Source of the DNA: Solemya velum
Taxonomy: Eukaryota
Length of the DNA stretch: 33,400 nucleotides
Direction of reading: 5' to 3'
Assembly (NCBI GenBank): GCA_048127485.1
Contig: JBHNWI010000380.1
Location: forward strand, 43,523,984 to 43,557,383
Made by a program: the position numbers and the translations under genes. Below the pieces are notes generated by a model that was not told the DNA's origin, did no database searches, and saw only the letters and a list, made by a program, of their open reading frames with translations. Shown in pieces: positions 1 to 11,555 of this stretch; the first letter of the stretch is position 1; each line of letters opens with the position of its first letter.

Positions 1-520
1 GGAAAAACGTCTGGCCACCGAAATGCTCACTTGCATCCACTTATGCACAGAACTTTTTAACGTAATTGATTGAGATTCCCATTTCACTAATCAGAACGCT
101 GGTTCCTATTGCACTTTTGGGAAGTGCGTTCTGATTGGGAATCTCAATTTTTATCGAAAATGACAAGTTCTTGTCTGTATATTGTGATGATGGGTCGGAG
201 TATTAATTCATTTTCGGTGTAGAAAGAGATCTGTCAAACGGAAATTGGATTCAGTACATGATACAGTTCTGTGCATAAGTGCATGCAAGTGAGCATTTTT
301 GTGCCCAGACGTTTTTCCGACCTATGGATTTTCCGTCTTCCTGGGTATCGTTGGCTGTTGTTACTTGACCATTTTTGAGCCTAGGATAATGAATAAGGTG
401 TCATTTTAAAGTGAATTCATTATTCTATGACACAGGTATATTATTTACTGTTATTCCAATGCATTCTGTCACCACACACATAAAAATCACAAATTGTTGA
501 AATTAGGTGTATTTCCAGAT
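1..520. repeat. Copy 1 of a dispersed fold-back repeat family (copy 2 is at about 21695-22030). It has an internal 54-bp inverted repeat, arms 1-54 and 265-318, and a nested palindrome, 70-99 against 126-147.
   Basis: The reverse complement of 1-54 (ggaaaaacgtctggcc...) matches 265-318 (...gtgcccagacgtttttcc) at about 90%. 150-520 aligns with 21695-22030. The left edge may lie upstream of the window. Confidence 0.7.
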
Positions 521-646
521 GATTGCCTCATATCTCTGATGATAATAGGATATATTTGAGCCATCGCATTGGACCCCTGTGTATACTACTAGACTAGAGA
601 TCTAAAGCTGACAATTACAGATCACTGTACTTCTTTTTACTTTCAG

Positions 647-784
647 TTACTATGGGAGTTGTCCTCCCTTACATCAAATATATCACAGGAAGTGGCAGTA
701 CTTGTTGATATGGTTTGGAGAGAGGCTGTTGATGAAGCCAGTAATATTCTGTCTATGAAAATCAAGCATATAAAGTTGGAGAAG
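647..784 (+). CDS. PARP4: PARP4-like exon in the PARP regulatory (alpha-helical) domain. Translates to LLWELSSLTSNISQEVAVLVDMVWREAVDEASNILSMKIKHIKLEK.
   Basis: Polypyrimidine tract plus AG acceptor at 645-646 and a GT donor at 785-786. It joins in frame to the next exon. Similarity to the PARP1 helical-domain segment [24 protein letters not shown] is weak but consistent. The entry phase is unknown because the upstream exon is outside the window. Confidence 0.55.
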
Positions 785-1879
785 GTTTGTTTAATTTGTT
801 TGATGAAAGCTTGCTATGGTCGACCCCATCAGAAATGCACTAGCCCACAGTTCCCTCAAAACTTAATTTACAATTTGGATTTTAACTCCAGGAGTCATAC
901 TTGGCAATTCATGCTGTACAATATAGGAAACATGTGCATGATGTTGAAAAGAGATTATGGATTGGTAATGGAGTTACATGCTGGCTGGAATACTCGGGTT
1001 TAAAATTCTAAAACTGTATTGTGCTTATCTTGATTGACTAGGCCTACCGACTTAGTGTTCATATCCCGTCTGCCTCAGTTTGTCAGCAGTGTCGGACAAT
1101 TCACAGTTAGCTAACTGATTAACTTTGGAGTGGTGCAAAATATACAAGTACTAGATTTTCTTATCAAGCTTAAGGCTAAAATTAGGATGCACCATTTACA
1201 CGGGTATGCAAATTACATGGCTTTTTACGGTGTGTACAATTCTGGTGATCATGCTGATTTATGATTATTATGGTGAGAAATGACCTCAGAAACAGAAACT
1301 AAATACTTTTATTACATTCTTCCATCTTTGATTAGTTCAAAGGCAATTTATACACTTTCAGTATCCAGCAATGTCAGAGACATTTGTTGTTAATTGTCCA
1401 GGATAAGAACACTCCTATTGTTCATGTGCCAAACTGTCAAAAAGAAATTGATTTGGGTCAACTGGCATGCTTTTGAAATCCTTCGCCTCGTGCATTTTCA
1501 GGCCTCAGTTCTAAAAAACTAATGTATACGGTATAGAGGAATACTTTTAAAATATTATCTCCCTATAATGGAAAGTGACTCGCATGCAAAGTTGTGAGAA
1601 GTTTTGATAGCATATTGTTGTGTGCAACGGGACTAGTGTCATGAATGTGCTAGTAAACTAGACATTTTTGAATTGAAGCCACACACCCTATTTATAGCCA
1701 TGCACCCCGTTAAGATCACATAGAAAAATGGATTCTGGTGGATTTTCACTATTTGATCCTGCAGGAATCAAAATGGGCTACCCTAGAAATTGATGAAATG
1801 TGAGCCCTGTTTTTAACAAAAAGTGGATAGTTTGCTAAAATTTATTTATTGATGCCCTATTAAAATTATTTTGTTTTAG

Positions 1880-2056
1880 GTTGAAGCAGCAGAGGTGGCT
1901 CTACAACAGCTCCTCCATGCAATGAACGCTTTTGCCTCTAAGGACAAAATTTCCTCCATCCTCGAAGAATTCTATGAAAATCTTCCGCATAAAGAAGATC
2001 AACAAAAGTCAGAATTGACATTGAAACAAATTGCATCTAAACAAGATTTGTGTCAG
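1880..2056 (+). CDS. PARP4: PARP4-like exon in the helical domain. Translates to VEAAEVALQQLLHAMNAFASKDKISSILEEFYENLPHKEDQQKSELTLKQIASKQDLCQ.
   Basis: Acceptor ttttag at 1874-1879 and donor GTATGA at 2057. Open frame of 59 codons in phase 0. The EFYENLPH segment resembles the PARP helical-domain RFYTLIPH. Confidence 0.75.
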
Positions 2057-2773
2057 GTATGAATATTTTCCTTATAAAAATCATATTGGCCTCACTATTA
2101 AAATGATGAAACTATTTGTATAATATTACTCATTTAATGAATAACAGGGGTGGACAAATGTTTACATGCAAGGTACATGTAGCAGTTTTTTATGTCGAAG
2201 TAGAGAATTAAAATTATCATAATATACTGTTAATAAAAAATGATTGAAAAATTGATTTCAAGTTATGGTTTCCTTTTAGTTTTAGATGGTAGTGGACCTG
2301 TATGTGTAGCATAACGTCTTACTCTAATTACCGCCAGGTAGCAAATACGGTGGGTAGCGATCCAGACCTGTGGGTAGAAAAATCTCCTCAAACTCATTCT
2401 TCTGTATAAGCAGGCTCCCCCATTTGCTCATATCTTCCATCAAACATTGATTTGTCATCACTATTTCAATCGGATTATCTCGAACTGAATATTATCTTTC
2501 CTAGGGGAAACAACTAGAATGACCAATTGGAAGTAATAAAAGTAGCATTATGACCGCGCCCATGTGTGGATAGTTTTTATTACTGGTACATAATTTTATT
2601 GATTATAGGTGAATAAATCTAAAATTTTCTATATTTGTTCATGATAATGTCGTTGACATAGAGAGATCACATTGATCCAGTCCTAGACTTTCACTTTAAG
2701 CAAGCACTTTAATTTGCTCTTGCTCTTAGAGGAAACAACTGTGATTATACAATATGTTTTCAACCATTTCTAG

Positions 2774-2934
2774 TTAGTCCGAGATATATTGAGTGTGAAT
2801 GAAGCTACAGATTGGGCTGAAGACGTCACTGCTGTTTCTAAATATAGAACACTGCGTTGTTCTATACAACAGTTGGAGGAAGACGATGACGAATTTAGCA
2901 TGGTCGAAAATATTGTGTCTTCAACGGCAGAGCA
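2774..2934 (+). CDS. PARP4: PARP4-like exon at the end of the helical domain. Translates to LVRDILSVNEATDWAEDVTAVSKYRTLRCSIQQLEEDDDEFSMVENIVSSTAEQ.
   Basis: Acceptor tttctag at 2767-2773 and consensus donor GTAAGT at 2935. The exon ends with 2 leftover bases (ca) that are completed by the t at 4622 to give His. Confidence 0.75.
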
Positions 2935-3224
2935 GTAAGTATCATCAGGGTAACACTGAATTTATCACTACAGATTTTCTTTGGTGAGCATGTTGGATCT
3001 AGCCTCAGAATGTGACACAGGATTGAAACAAATTATTATTATAATCATTATTCAGATTAAGTAGTTTCTACTATCAGTATTAAAATATATCCACTGAGCT
3101 ACCAAAAAACAGTCTGCTAGTGTCCAGTCGACTAGTCCAGCTGACTTGTTTGGCCATCATAGAATGTTTAGGGCTGGACGAAATTCCTTATGCTTATATC
3201 AAACTATACAAGGCTAATTAAAAT

Positions 3225-4290
3225 CCAGTCCCGCCAATAAGTTTGAAGTTAAGCGGAATTCTTCCAGGTACAAGTTCCCCGAGCGGTGTCCGGGGTAGAA
3301 TAGTCCGCCGTACCCTCCTGCGTGTCGTAAGAGGCGACTAAAAGGGGGCAACCTGTTTGCCGTGGGTTGCGACCCATGTCGGCGGAGGTGGGGATCCTGA
3401 TGGCTGAGGAGATCCATGGTACGCCCCCCCTTGTGTACTATAGGATTTCTCCAACACGCCATTTTGGCCCCGTATTCGCCTAGATGGGTGGTCCGGGTTG
3501 GGCCCAGCCCGGATCAATCCGCTAGTCAAACACATCCTATGAGCTACATCACATACTACTACGATCAGAGCATTCTCCCCGACTTCTCTTGTCAATAGTG
3601 CTTTCTGATAAACCTTTGCTTAATATTGCTTTTCATACGTAGCTCATATGGTTGATGGCGTGGGTCAATTGAGTGTCATTGTTCTTCACTGTGTGTGATA
3701 TTGTGTATGTTTTATTATATATATTTTCTCACACACAACGTTGTATCATTCCACTCGAGTATTCCACCTGTGTAATCCTGGCATGGGTGCTACGCTGGGC
3801 ACTGCCCCGTAGCATTGTGTCCCATCGTTGGGCTCGATGGCGGGCGGGGAGCTCGGGTGATGAAAAATAGATAATTCATCATGGGTAAAAAAAAAACAAA
3901 ATCTCAAACGTTCCTGAGAGGATTCCCCTCTTCTGACTCTACGGACATCGACCAAGCAACCCCACACACTGACAGGAATTGGCCCCGATTTCTTCTCATT
4001 GAAGATACAAATCCCCAAGACAAAAGGCTCGGTACACTTTCTCCATTTGTAATTCATAAAGGTCTCAAAAGTACAGCAGGTGAACCATCTTCTGTGAAGA
4101 AACTTTCATCCGGTGCATTGTTGCTTGAATGTACATCTAAACAACAGTCTTCCAACTACCTCAAACTGAAATCTTTTGTGAATGTGTCTGTGAAAGTTTC
4201 TCCACATAAGACTTTGAATTCGTTTAAAGGCATCATTCGCTCCTCAGACCTTTTGTCCACGTCGCCGATGCTCGACGAATAACCCTGAAA
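3225..4290 (+). mobile_element. 5' fragment of a non-LTR retrotransposon (LINE). It has a GC-rich leader (3225-3600) and an ORF1-like reading frame at 3881-4282.
   Basis: The ORF translates to ...PRFLLIEDTNPQDKRLGTLSPFVIHKGLKSTAGEPSSVKKLSSGALLLECTSKQQSSNYLKLKSFVNVSVKVSPHKTLNSFKGIIRSSDLLSTSPMLDE. The pattern PRFL.I......L..LSPF.I.K.L....G.....KKL.SGALL.E......Q...LLKL.....V.V..H..LNS.KGVIR..DL is, as I recall it, the N-terminal ORF1 signature of CR1/L2/jockey-type LINEs. The upstream 375 bp is a sharp GC-rich island in an AT-rich intron. No endonuclease or RT follows, so the element is truncated or deleted. Confidence 0.6.
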
Positions 4291-4621
4291 AAAGGTACCA
4301 CCACCATTGCTACTACATTGTAATACATTTATTTTGATTTTCTCAACCAGCAAAATGTTCGCTCACATCCAATTTATCATGTACTGAATCCTATTTTTGC
4401 TCGACAGATCTCTTTCGGAACCTAAAATGAACTAATACTCTGACCGGTAGTTACAATATACAGTTCAGAACTCTGTTATCAACCATTTAATGGCATTATT
4501 GCATTTGCAGTGGGTATGATGACATTGTCTTGTTAATATTCTAGTGGTAACCTATATTCAAATATTCTTATGCAATGTGTTCAAAGTGGATTGATCAGAA
4601 TGTATTTTTTTTCTCTTCTAG

Positions 4622-4750
4622 TGTGAAAGTCAAAGCTGTTTATCGAGTTAGCAGATCCCAAGAGCATTTACATTTTCTTTCCACACCAGGCAATGTTCAA
4701 CTCCTCATGCATTCGTCTCACCCTGCTAACTTTCTTGGTATTCTCTCAAG
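4622..4750 (+). CDS. PARP4: PARP catalytic-domain exon carrying the HGS-equivalent motif. Translates to (H)VKVKAVYRVSRSQEHLHFLSTPGNVQLLMHSSHPANFLGILSR.
   Basis: Acceptor ttctcttctag ending 4621 and donor GTTTGT at 4751. LLMHSSHPANFLGILSRG aligns with PARP1 LLWHGSRTTNFAGILSQG. Confidence 0.8.
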
Positions 4751-5337
4751 GTTTGTGAATATTCATAACATATTCTTGTTTAATTTCTTTCTTTTCATTG
4801 CATGTAAGCACAAAATAACTACTATTTTTATCATTAATAGTAAATTTTTCCATAACGATCCAGTTGTTTGCCCTGGGAAAGTAAAGTTTCTTTCTATTCA
4901 TCATTAATAGAGCTCCAACTCTTATGTATTTGTTCATACATCTAAACTTGGTCATACATGTACATAAGATATTCTAAGACTTTGGGATATGACAGTCACT
5001 CACAAAATACATACAAGAGGGCATCTTTGAAATTGCTGTGGGCAATTTCATCGGTTCATAGAGCAGTGCTTGGATTTTGATTTGGGGTTGGAAGCCAATC
5101 ATTGCCCTCACAGCAGGCATACACATTATAACTTTCATGTTAGAAATGCCTAGTTGAAATTCGTCCCCTGCATCAGTGTTAAAAAACTAAATATAAATAG
5201 TGAAATTGTTTTTCTATCAGTTCCTTCTTTGTATTGTCTACATAAAAACACTACATGATGGAGATGAAGTGTTGTTGGTTTGATTTCGTCTCAAATTGTA
5301 ATTTTTTTAAGCTCAAATGATTTTTGAATTGGATCAG

Positions 5338-5445
5338 TGGCCTTCCTGGCTGGGAAGATAAGGCGCTGCACTCAGCATTTAATTCTATTGCTTCTCACAT
5401 CTCAACATTCTGAGTTCAATCCTCGTTGGTGGCAACGTTTGTTTC
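5338..5445 (+). repeat. Partial copy of a tRNA-related SINE head, the same family as 22268-22590.
   Basis: ctgagttcaatcctcgttggtggca and ggctgggaagataaggcgctgc align with the B-box and A-box region of the 22268 SINE (cgtgagttcgaatcccggttaatca; ggctaggacgctcc). Confidence 0.4.
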
Positions 5446-5778
5446 AAGCAAATTTTGGTTCAATGACAGAGTCATCCTGGACATACTTGTGAGAAAGCTG
5501 TCAGGGGCTTGTGGATGGTCACAGAGTCTTTTTGTCTACTTCTAGATGGTTTCTCCCCCCTGCTACTCACAACCACACTCCACAGGGGCTCCATAGCTGT
5601 AATTGTGCTGAGCAAGCCTAAAGTTCTAAAACAAATCAGCTTATCATCATCATACTTGCAATCATTCATTAGATTCATGTTGATTTTTTACTTTACATTC
5701 AGATTTCTTTGAAGACTCCAGATTGTACTCATTTTTTAAGTAATAGAAAATCCTCTTTATATATCATTTTTTCAACAG

Positions 5779-5877
5779 AGGCCTGCTTATGCCAGATGCT
5801 GTTGTAAAGAACTTTGGTGTTACAAGAACAGATGCTGGTATGCTCGGTTGTGGAATTTATTTCTCGGATTCAGCCAG
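5779..5877 (+). CDS. PARP4: PARP catalytic-domain exon carrying the GIYF motif. Translates to (R)GLLMPDAVVKNFGVTRTDAGMLGCGIYFSDSAR.
   Basis: Acceptor ttcaacag ending 5778 and donor GTAAAG at 5878. GIYFSDS matches the PARP nicotinamide-stacking Tyr motif (GIYFAD in PARP1). The phase is consistent with the flanking exons. Confidence 0.85.
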
Positions 5878-6399
5878 GTAAAGAGAAATTTCGTGTGCTT
5901 ATTGGAACATATTATTGGATGGTATAATGTTGTATTGCATGCATAGTGAGGGTATTTGTTCTAAAATGTTTCCTTTGTAATACTACATACAACCAGAAAG
6001 GTTATTAGGAGTGGTGTTTTGTCTATTCTCCCAACCTGTGGAATTGCAGATTACACCTACTTGAAATGTTGCCCAGTACACTTGACCATGTTATTGATAA
6101 GAAACTTTCCTTTTTTGAATGTCTCACTCTTGTTTTCTTTTATTTACCATACTACTGTTCTCACTGATAAGGAATTCTGTGTTTGCTGTTTTTAATTGTG
6201 TTTTTATACCCCACGAAACGGAGTTTCGAATGGTATAATATTTTTGACGGTTCGTCAGAGATTCTGTTTTCCATTTTGGTTTTAACAATGTACATCTAAT
6301 ATCTTGTGTATAACTTAAACATGGCTATCCTCTAAACACTCTGATTCCTCTTTGAAGATAAATTCATTCAACATGTTAAGAGTTACCAGAGAATCATAT

Positions 6400-6880
6400 T
6401 ACAATAGTGATCACATCGAAACCAGTAAATTGCTTTATGGAGGTGTCTGTTCTTACACTTTTAATTCAATGGACATTAGATCCATTATAGGATCATATTC
6501 AACACAAAGGAATAGAATATGAACTTTTCAAGCAGGAAGGCATTCACACTCAATTTTAGTACTTAATGTGTATGGACCTCCATGGATTAGTCTTAAAATC
6601 TTTACTAGAAACCTTCTTCAGATTTCTGGATAAAATGGATACACTTCCTTTTGTGATTATAGGTGACTTCAATGTCAATATTTTAAAAGAACCAAATAAC
6701 TGCTTATTAAAAGCATTCGAATCAAAGGATTTCTGTCAAGTTGTGCATTCACCAACTGATACATGTATCTCTGGCTCCTGTATTGACCATATATATGTGC
6801 GAAATGACACAGTTTGTAACGCTAGATTAATTCATGTACAATATTCCCAACATTCTGCTATTCAAAAAGATTAAGATTTA
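6400..6880 (+). pseudogene. LINE AP-endonuclease (EEP) domain fragment, frameshifted and truncated.
   Basis: ORF 6566-6874 translates to ...LPFVIIGDFNVNILKEP...SPTDTCISGSCIDHIYVRNDTVCNARLIHVQYSQHSAI. These are the C-terminal GDFN, PT..S..IDHI and SDH-like motifs of LINE APE endonucleases. An upstream NVYGPP (vYaPn-like) motif lies in another frame. There is a stop right after the domain and no RT downstream. Confidence 0.65.
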
Positions 6881-9800
6881 ATGATATGCATTTTATAGTA
6901 TTTTCTAATTAGATATCTGTGATTTCCCTTACAAAGTCAATATGTCAATCACATTTCAACCAGGCTTGATTGTCATCAGGAGATTCTTATCCTAATGTTC
7001 AATTAAAATCAAAATCAAAATGGGGAGTGTGTCAAAGAGACAACAACCTAACCAGAGAAAAATAATAAAGCCCATGTCGGCTATATTGTTTTTATCTCCA
7101 ACCTCAAACCTGCTCCTCCATCAATGTGGGAGCGTGGGGTATGTGAGCATGCTCACTTAGTTCTTTAATTCTGACAGGGATTGTCATTACCAGTCTGCTC
7201 CTTGTGTTAATAATTTGTCATGGATGCCATTTTTCCTAGTGTCATATTTCCTATGGGATGTAGATGCTTTCATTTTCAGATTAGAAAGTACAAACATCAT
7301 ATATTTTAAGAGTCCTGTCATTTCTCAGAGTTTTGACCGACTGTGTCTGAGTGCTTGTTTCGGTTCGCTTATATCATGATTAATGCATCCGTTTCATCAG
7401 AGGGGGATCGGAAGACCATGTTTTATGGCAAATTGTTATATCCCTGATATTAGGAATTTTTGGTACCGATAGGTGCTCCTCCCACCATTACTTCGTTGAC
7501 TCGTCTGGGTGTCTGGAACATGTATGCAACAACTGACCATGTTGCTTACTCCCTTGCTTTGACTATTAGTCTAATTAGCAACATCTCTTCAGCCCAGTGA
7601 TCAGCCATTCTGCTCTCTCACCAGTGATGGTTCGACATGAGACATCCCACTGCTTAAGTATTACAACCGGTTTCAGTACAGCACCAACCTTCAGTTATTG
7701 ACTCGGACCTGTCTCAGGTGTTCCGTTCGGTCGTGAATGACAGGAATTTTGACATCCAAGTACCTTCAGCCCTAGAACAGTTAGTACCATTCTCATGCTG
7801 ACCCCATTAGGAGTAGTGTTTTCTTGGAGTTGGAAAACTTGCACTCTGAGGATTGTCCTTTCATTCCTCGCGCCTTACCTAGCATTACATTTCCATTCTT
7901 GTGCCACACTTACACTTGCCAAGGTCCATATGGACCATAGTAATTTTTCCCATGCTCTTTGGAAGGACTCGTCTTTTTTTTAAGGGTTTTTACTATGTTA
8001 GACAAGATTACACAGGATGTTTGGTGAGTTGTCACTTTGTCAAGCATCACATGCATCCTCCACTCGACAGCCACTTCCCACACAAACGGTATCGGCCTCT
8101 GGTTCTGTCCACATGCAACTGCTGACCTACCTTTGTTGCAGTGATGCATTCTCATTGCCAGGCTGCAATTATGTTTCAAACTCCCTGGCTGTAACCATAG
8201 TCCCTTGTCTAAGGGTCCTTTCTTATATTCCACAACTGTCTGTCCACCACCATGCCCTTTTAGCTGTGGTTTATCTCGATTGCTGCCCTCATGGCATGAA
8301 TTATGTTCTGATGCAAAGGCTTTTTATAATCTCCAGGAGGGAAACAGTCTCAAATTTTATACTGTTCTCGCATTTCCATGGTATTTTCACTCCCACAAGC
8401 TTCGGATCATCTTTTTGTTTTAGACTCTGCTGTAACCAACCTGTTGGCTAAGCTGGCCATCAGGATTGTGTCTGCTCTGTGTGTCAACAAATTTGAATCC
8501 CATTTATTCATGGTTGCCAAGAACTCCAGGGGTCTTGCATCCAGTGATAGACCTTGGTGCTTTGAACTGATACCTCATGGTGGAACGTTTCAATATGGAA
8601 ACACCTCGTCCATCAACCGTGCTCTTCAGCCTGGTGCTTTGCCTGGGTTACGAGTATAGAAATTCAGGCGGTTCTGGGGTTTCTGTAGTTTACCTTCTGC
8701 AACATGATGTACAGAATTATGCCATTTGGTCTCGCAATCTCTCCACAGTTTTTTACGTCTTCGCTGCATTTTGCATATCCATGTGAATGCTCTGTTGATA
8801 TTAAAGCTTCTCTATGCAAAGATTCTTTTCTGCATGCATCCAACTCACACTTATTATCATTGTCAGACCAAGTGGGTTTTTTGGCATGGGTTTGTATTAA
8901 TGCATTAACTGTTGTTGTTCCCCTCAGTTGTTTATAATTTTGCCCTTTACAGTTTCTTCTCACTGGCCACTGTTTCTTGCAATTTGACACCAGCATCCTA
9001 ATTGGTGGACTTACGCTCAAAATGTTCTTGCTTGTGTTATATTTTTATACTTTGTCCCTTACTTTTTATTGTGGTCATTCTACACTTGGTGTGGGGGTGG
9101 GGGCTTTCTGGATGGTTGAATAGTTTATGACACTTGGTTTCTAGCTGAGCTCAGTCAATATCAATATTCTAGAAATACGACCAATTTTACTGGCACTGAA
9201 GCATTCTCAGCACTGGATGACCAGATAGTTAGCACTGTTGTCATTGACAATGCCTCCGTCTTTCCTCATCTGCCAGATAAAGTGTCTATTTTCGACATTG
9301 TGTCATTAGCTCATGTTTCTCTATCGATTTGACAGTCAGGCAATTGTGTCTTCCAGGGTACTTGCACATTCTTTGCCTTTGTCTTGCTATTATGGGCTAA
9401 AAAATATAATAGTGTGTGTGTTGCTCATGCTTGGTTGTAGGCGATTTGTGCATAAGCAAGGTTTGTGTAATGTCAGGACAGGTTCAGTTTGGATGAGGTA
9501 GTAAGTGGAAAGATGTTTTTTTTGCCATTGACTATAGCTGCTTGCTAATATCTTTATTCATGGTTGTAGGTATATATAGTTAAAATTACAATTCAATTTA
9601 AAGGATTTTGAAGAAACTTGTATCTAGATGTTGGTATAAGTTTACAGGTTACAATTATCAAGAATGATGCTTCCCCTAATTAAATGTACATCATGCACCT
9701 GCAGGGTTTGCTTTCCCTGCTGTCATGCTTTCTCGCCAGGTCACACACTTTCATTGGTCAAAGGATACCCCTATTCCATTTGAGGCAGGATAACCAAATT

Positions 9801-9930
9801 TGTGTGGTTATATTATACATCATGCCAGGATGCAGTGTCAAACATTGTCCAGAGCATATATTTTTGACTTATGTGGTTAGATGAAAGGTCACCAAGCTTG
9901 TTTCATTGTCATTTGGTGCAAGTAGCCTAC

Positions 9931-10325
9931 TGTGATTCTGTGTGGGTTCTGGGGTCTAGGAGAATAGGCCCACTTGCTCATCATAGCAGGTCGCAAAAGT
10001 CTGCCATATGGACACAACATAGAAAAATACTTGCATACATAGTCCTGTATGGCTGAAAGATTGCTAAAAAGTATGTTTAACCCATTCAACCACCCAACCA
10101 ACCAGCTCACTGTGACTTTTTTACATGGATATGGGTCCCGTGTGGCTTCCAGGGTTTAGGAGAATAGGCCCACTGCTTACCCTAGCAGGTCGTAAAAGTC
10201 CACTATAAGGACACAGGAGAGAAAAATACTTGCATACACACAGTCTTGTATGGCTGAAAGATTGCTGAAAATGATGTTAAACCTTTTCAATTAACCAACC
10301 ATCAACATTGATTGACCATCAAAGG
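9931..10325. repeat. Tandem duplication of a unit of about 200 bp, two copies at roughly 80% identity.
   Basis: ggtctaggagaataggcccacttgctcatcatagcaggtcgcaaaagtc...cttgcatacatagtcctgtatggctgaaagattgctaaaaag... is repeated as ggtttaggagaataggcccactgcttaccctagcaggtcgtaaaagtc...cttgcatacacacagtcttgtatggctgaaagattgctgaaaat... Confidence 0.8.
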
Positions 10326-10639
10326 AATACTTTGACTGGATTTTTTAACCTTTATAGGATTTGAAAACAGATTTTGTCCAGTCTATCTTCTGTGCTATTT
10401 GAAGCAGGATCACCAACAAAACTTAATTACTTTAATTGTGACAACTCTAATGATTATTATGATAGAAACTATAAGAACTATTAAAATTAGTAATATACTC
10501 ACGGTAAACGAATTATGGAATTCAATATGCATTTTTGAACAGTGTCAATGAATTGTTGATCATAGATAGACAATCAAGCTTTTGTATACCCATAGAAGTA
10601 TTATGGTATGGCGTGTGGTGTCCGTCTGTTCATTAACTT

Positions 10640-11030
10640 TTTGTTTGTTCGGGCCAAGGTAATTTGACGACACTTCATACACACATGCAACACCACTAGG
10701 CACAATGTCACATACCACGTTTATGACCCTAGCTCCAAGGTCAAGGTCACAATGAACTGCTCAAGACATTGCTTGTCCAGACCATAACTTTTCAACCGCT
10801 CAAGATATTTTGACAAAACTTCATACACACATGCAACACCACTTGGTGCAGTGTCGCGTACCACATTCATGACCCTCTCTCTAAGGTCAAGGTCACATGT
10901 TTGACTTTGAAGTGAGAGTCATGATAGTTGTAGATGCAACTGTATATAGTTATAGTGCTGCATGTCTCTTTGAAGTATCGATGAAATATCTTGAGCGGGT
11001 ATGGCCCTTGAAATTTTAAGGACAGATAAC
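10640..11030. repeat. MITE-like block with about 1.6 tandem copies of a unit of about 150 bp ending in CCAAGGTCAAGGTCAC. Subterminal inverted motifs ccgctcaagatat and atatcttgagcgg.
   Basis: acttcatacacacatgcaacaccac...gaccct..ctccaaggtcaaggtcaca occurs at about 10672 and again at about 10822. Inverted 13-mers lie near 10798 and 10990. Confidence 0.7.
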
Positions 11031-11371
11031 TATGTTAGGTAGCTATATTAAACTCGAGCACATATCTGGCAAATTATGTACCATTGTCGGTGGTCTTGTT
11101 TTATTGGGTGATATTACTAATCATTTTAAAACAATTTTTTTTCTCCAAAAAATCATCAATATTATTCAGTGCTATATATATGTATATAATGTTGCTGTTG
11201 ATATATATTGTGGTTCTCAGTTCAACTCAACTGCACAGTCAATTGATGTATCAAACCAAATGACAAAAGTTTTTGGTTTATGTTGGAAGATAGCTATAAT
11301 TATCATTGACAATAATTATTCTTGTAGTATATGATTTCATAAAGTATCTTCTCTGAATTGTTGTTCTCCAG

Positions 11372-11555
11372 TACATGTGCCAAGTATTCTTTACCCAACT
11401 CTCAAACTGGGACTCGGATGTTGCTTTTGTGTGATGTTACCCTGGGAAACTGCAAAGATGTTACAAGAACAGACACATCCCTTGTTTCCCCACCCACTGG
11501 ATACCACAGTGTTCATGGGATGAAGCAAACAGCCAAATGTACTAGTCAGTTCAAG
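11372..11555 (+). CDS. PARP4: PARP catalytic-domain exon holding the catalytic-acid position. Translates to (S)TCAKYSLPNSQTGTRMLLLCDVTLGNCKDVTRTDTSLVSPPTGYHSVHGMKQTAKCTSQFK.
   Basis: Acceptor ttgttctccag ending 11371 and donor GTGAGG at 11556. It aligns with PARP1 ...LILLGEVALGNMYEL...LPKGKHSVKG. Intron 5 is about 5.5 kb. Confidence 0.85.

Noticed and set aside
659-1003. 114-aa ORF that begins at a non-ATG (ttg) codon
   Set aside because: Only the first 42 codons, to the GT donor at 785, behave like an exon (the PARP4 helical domain). The rest is intronic read-through.
3214-3598. Three overlapping ORFs of 60-85 aa on both strands (3214-3462 -, 3338-3595 -, 3416-3598 +) rich in G/P/R/S/H
   Set aside because: They lie entirely in the GC-rich LINE leader and overlap one another on both strands. 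Low-complexity GC-driven reading frames are not supported as genes.
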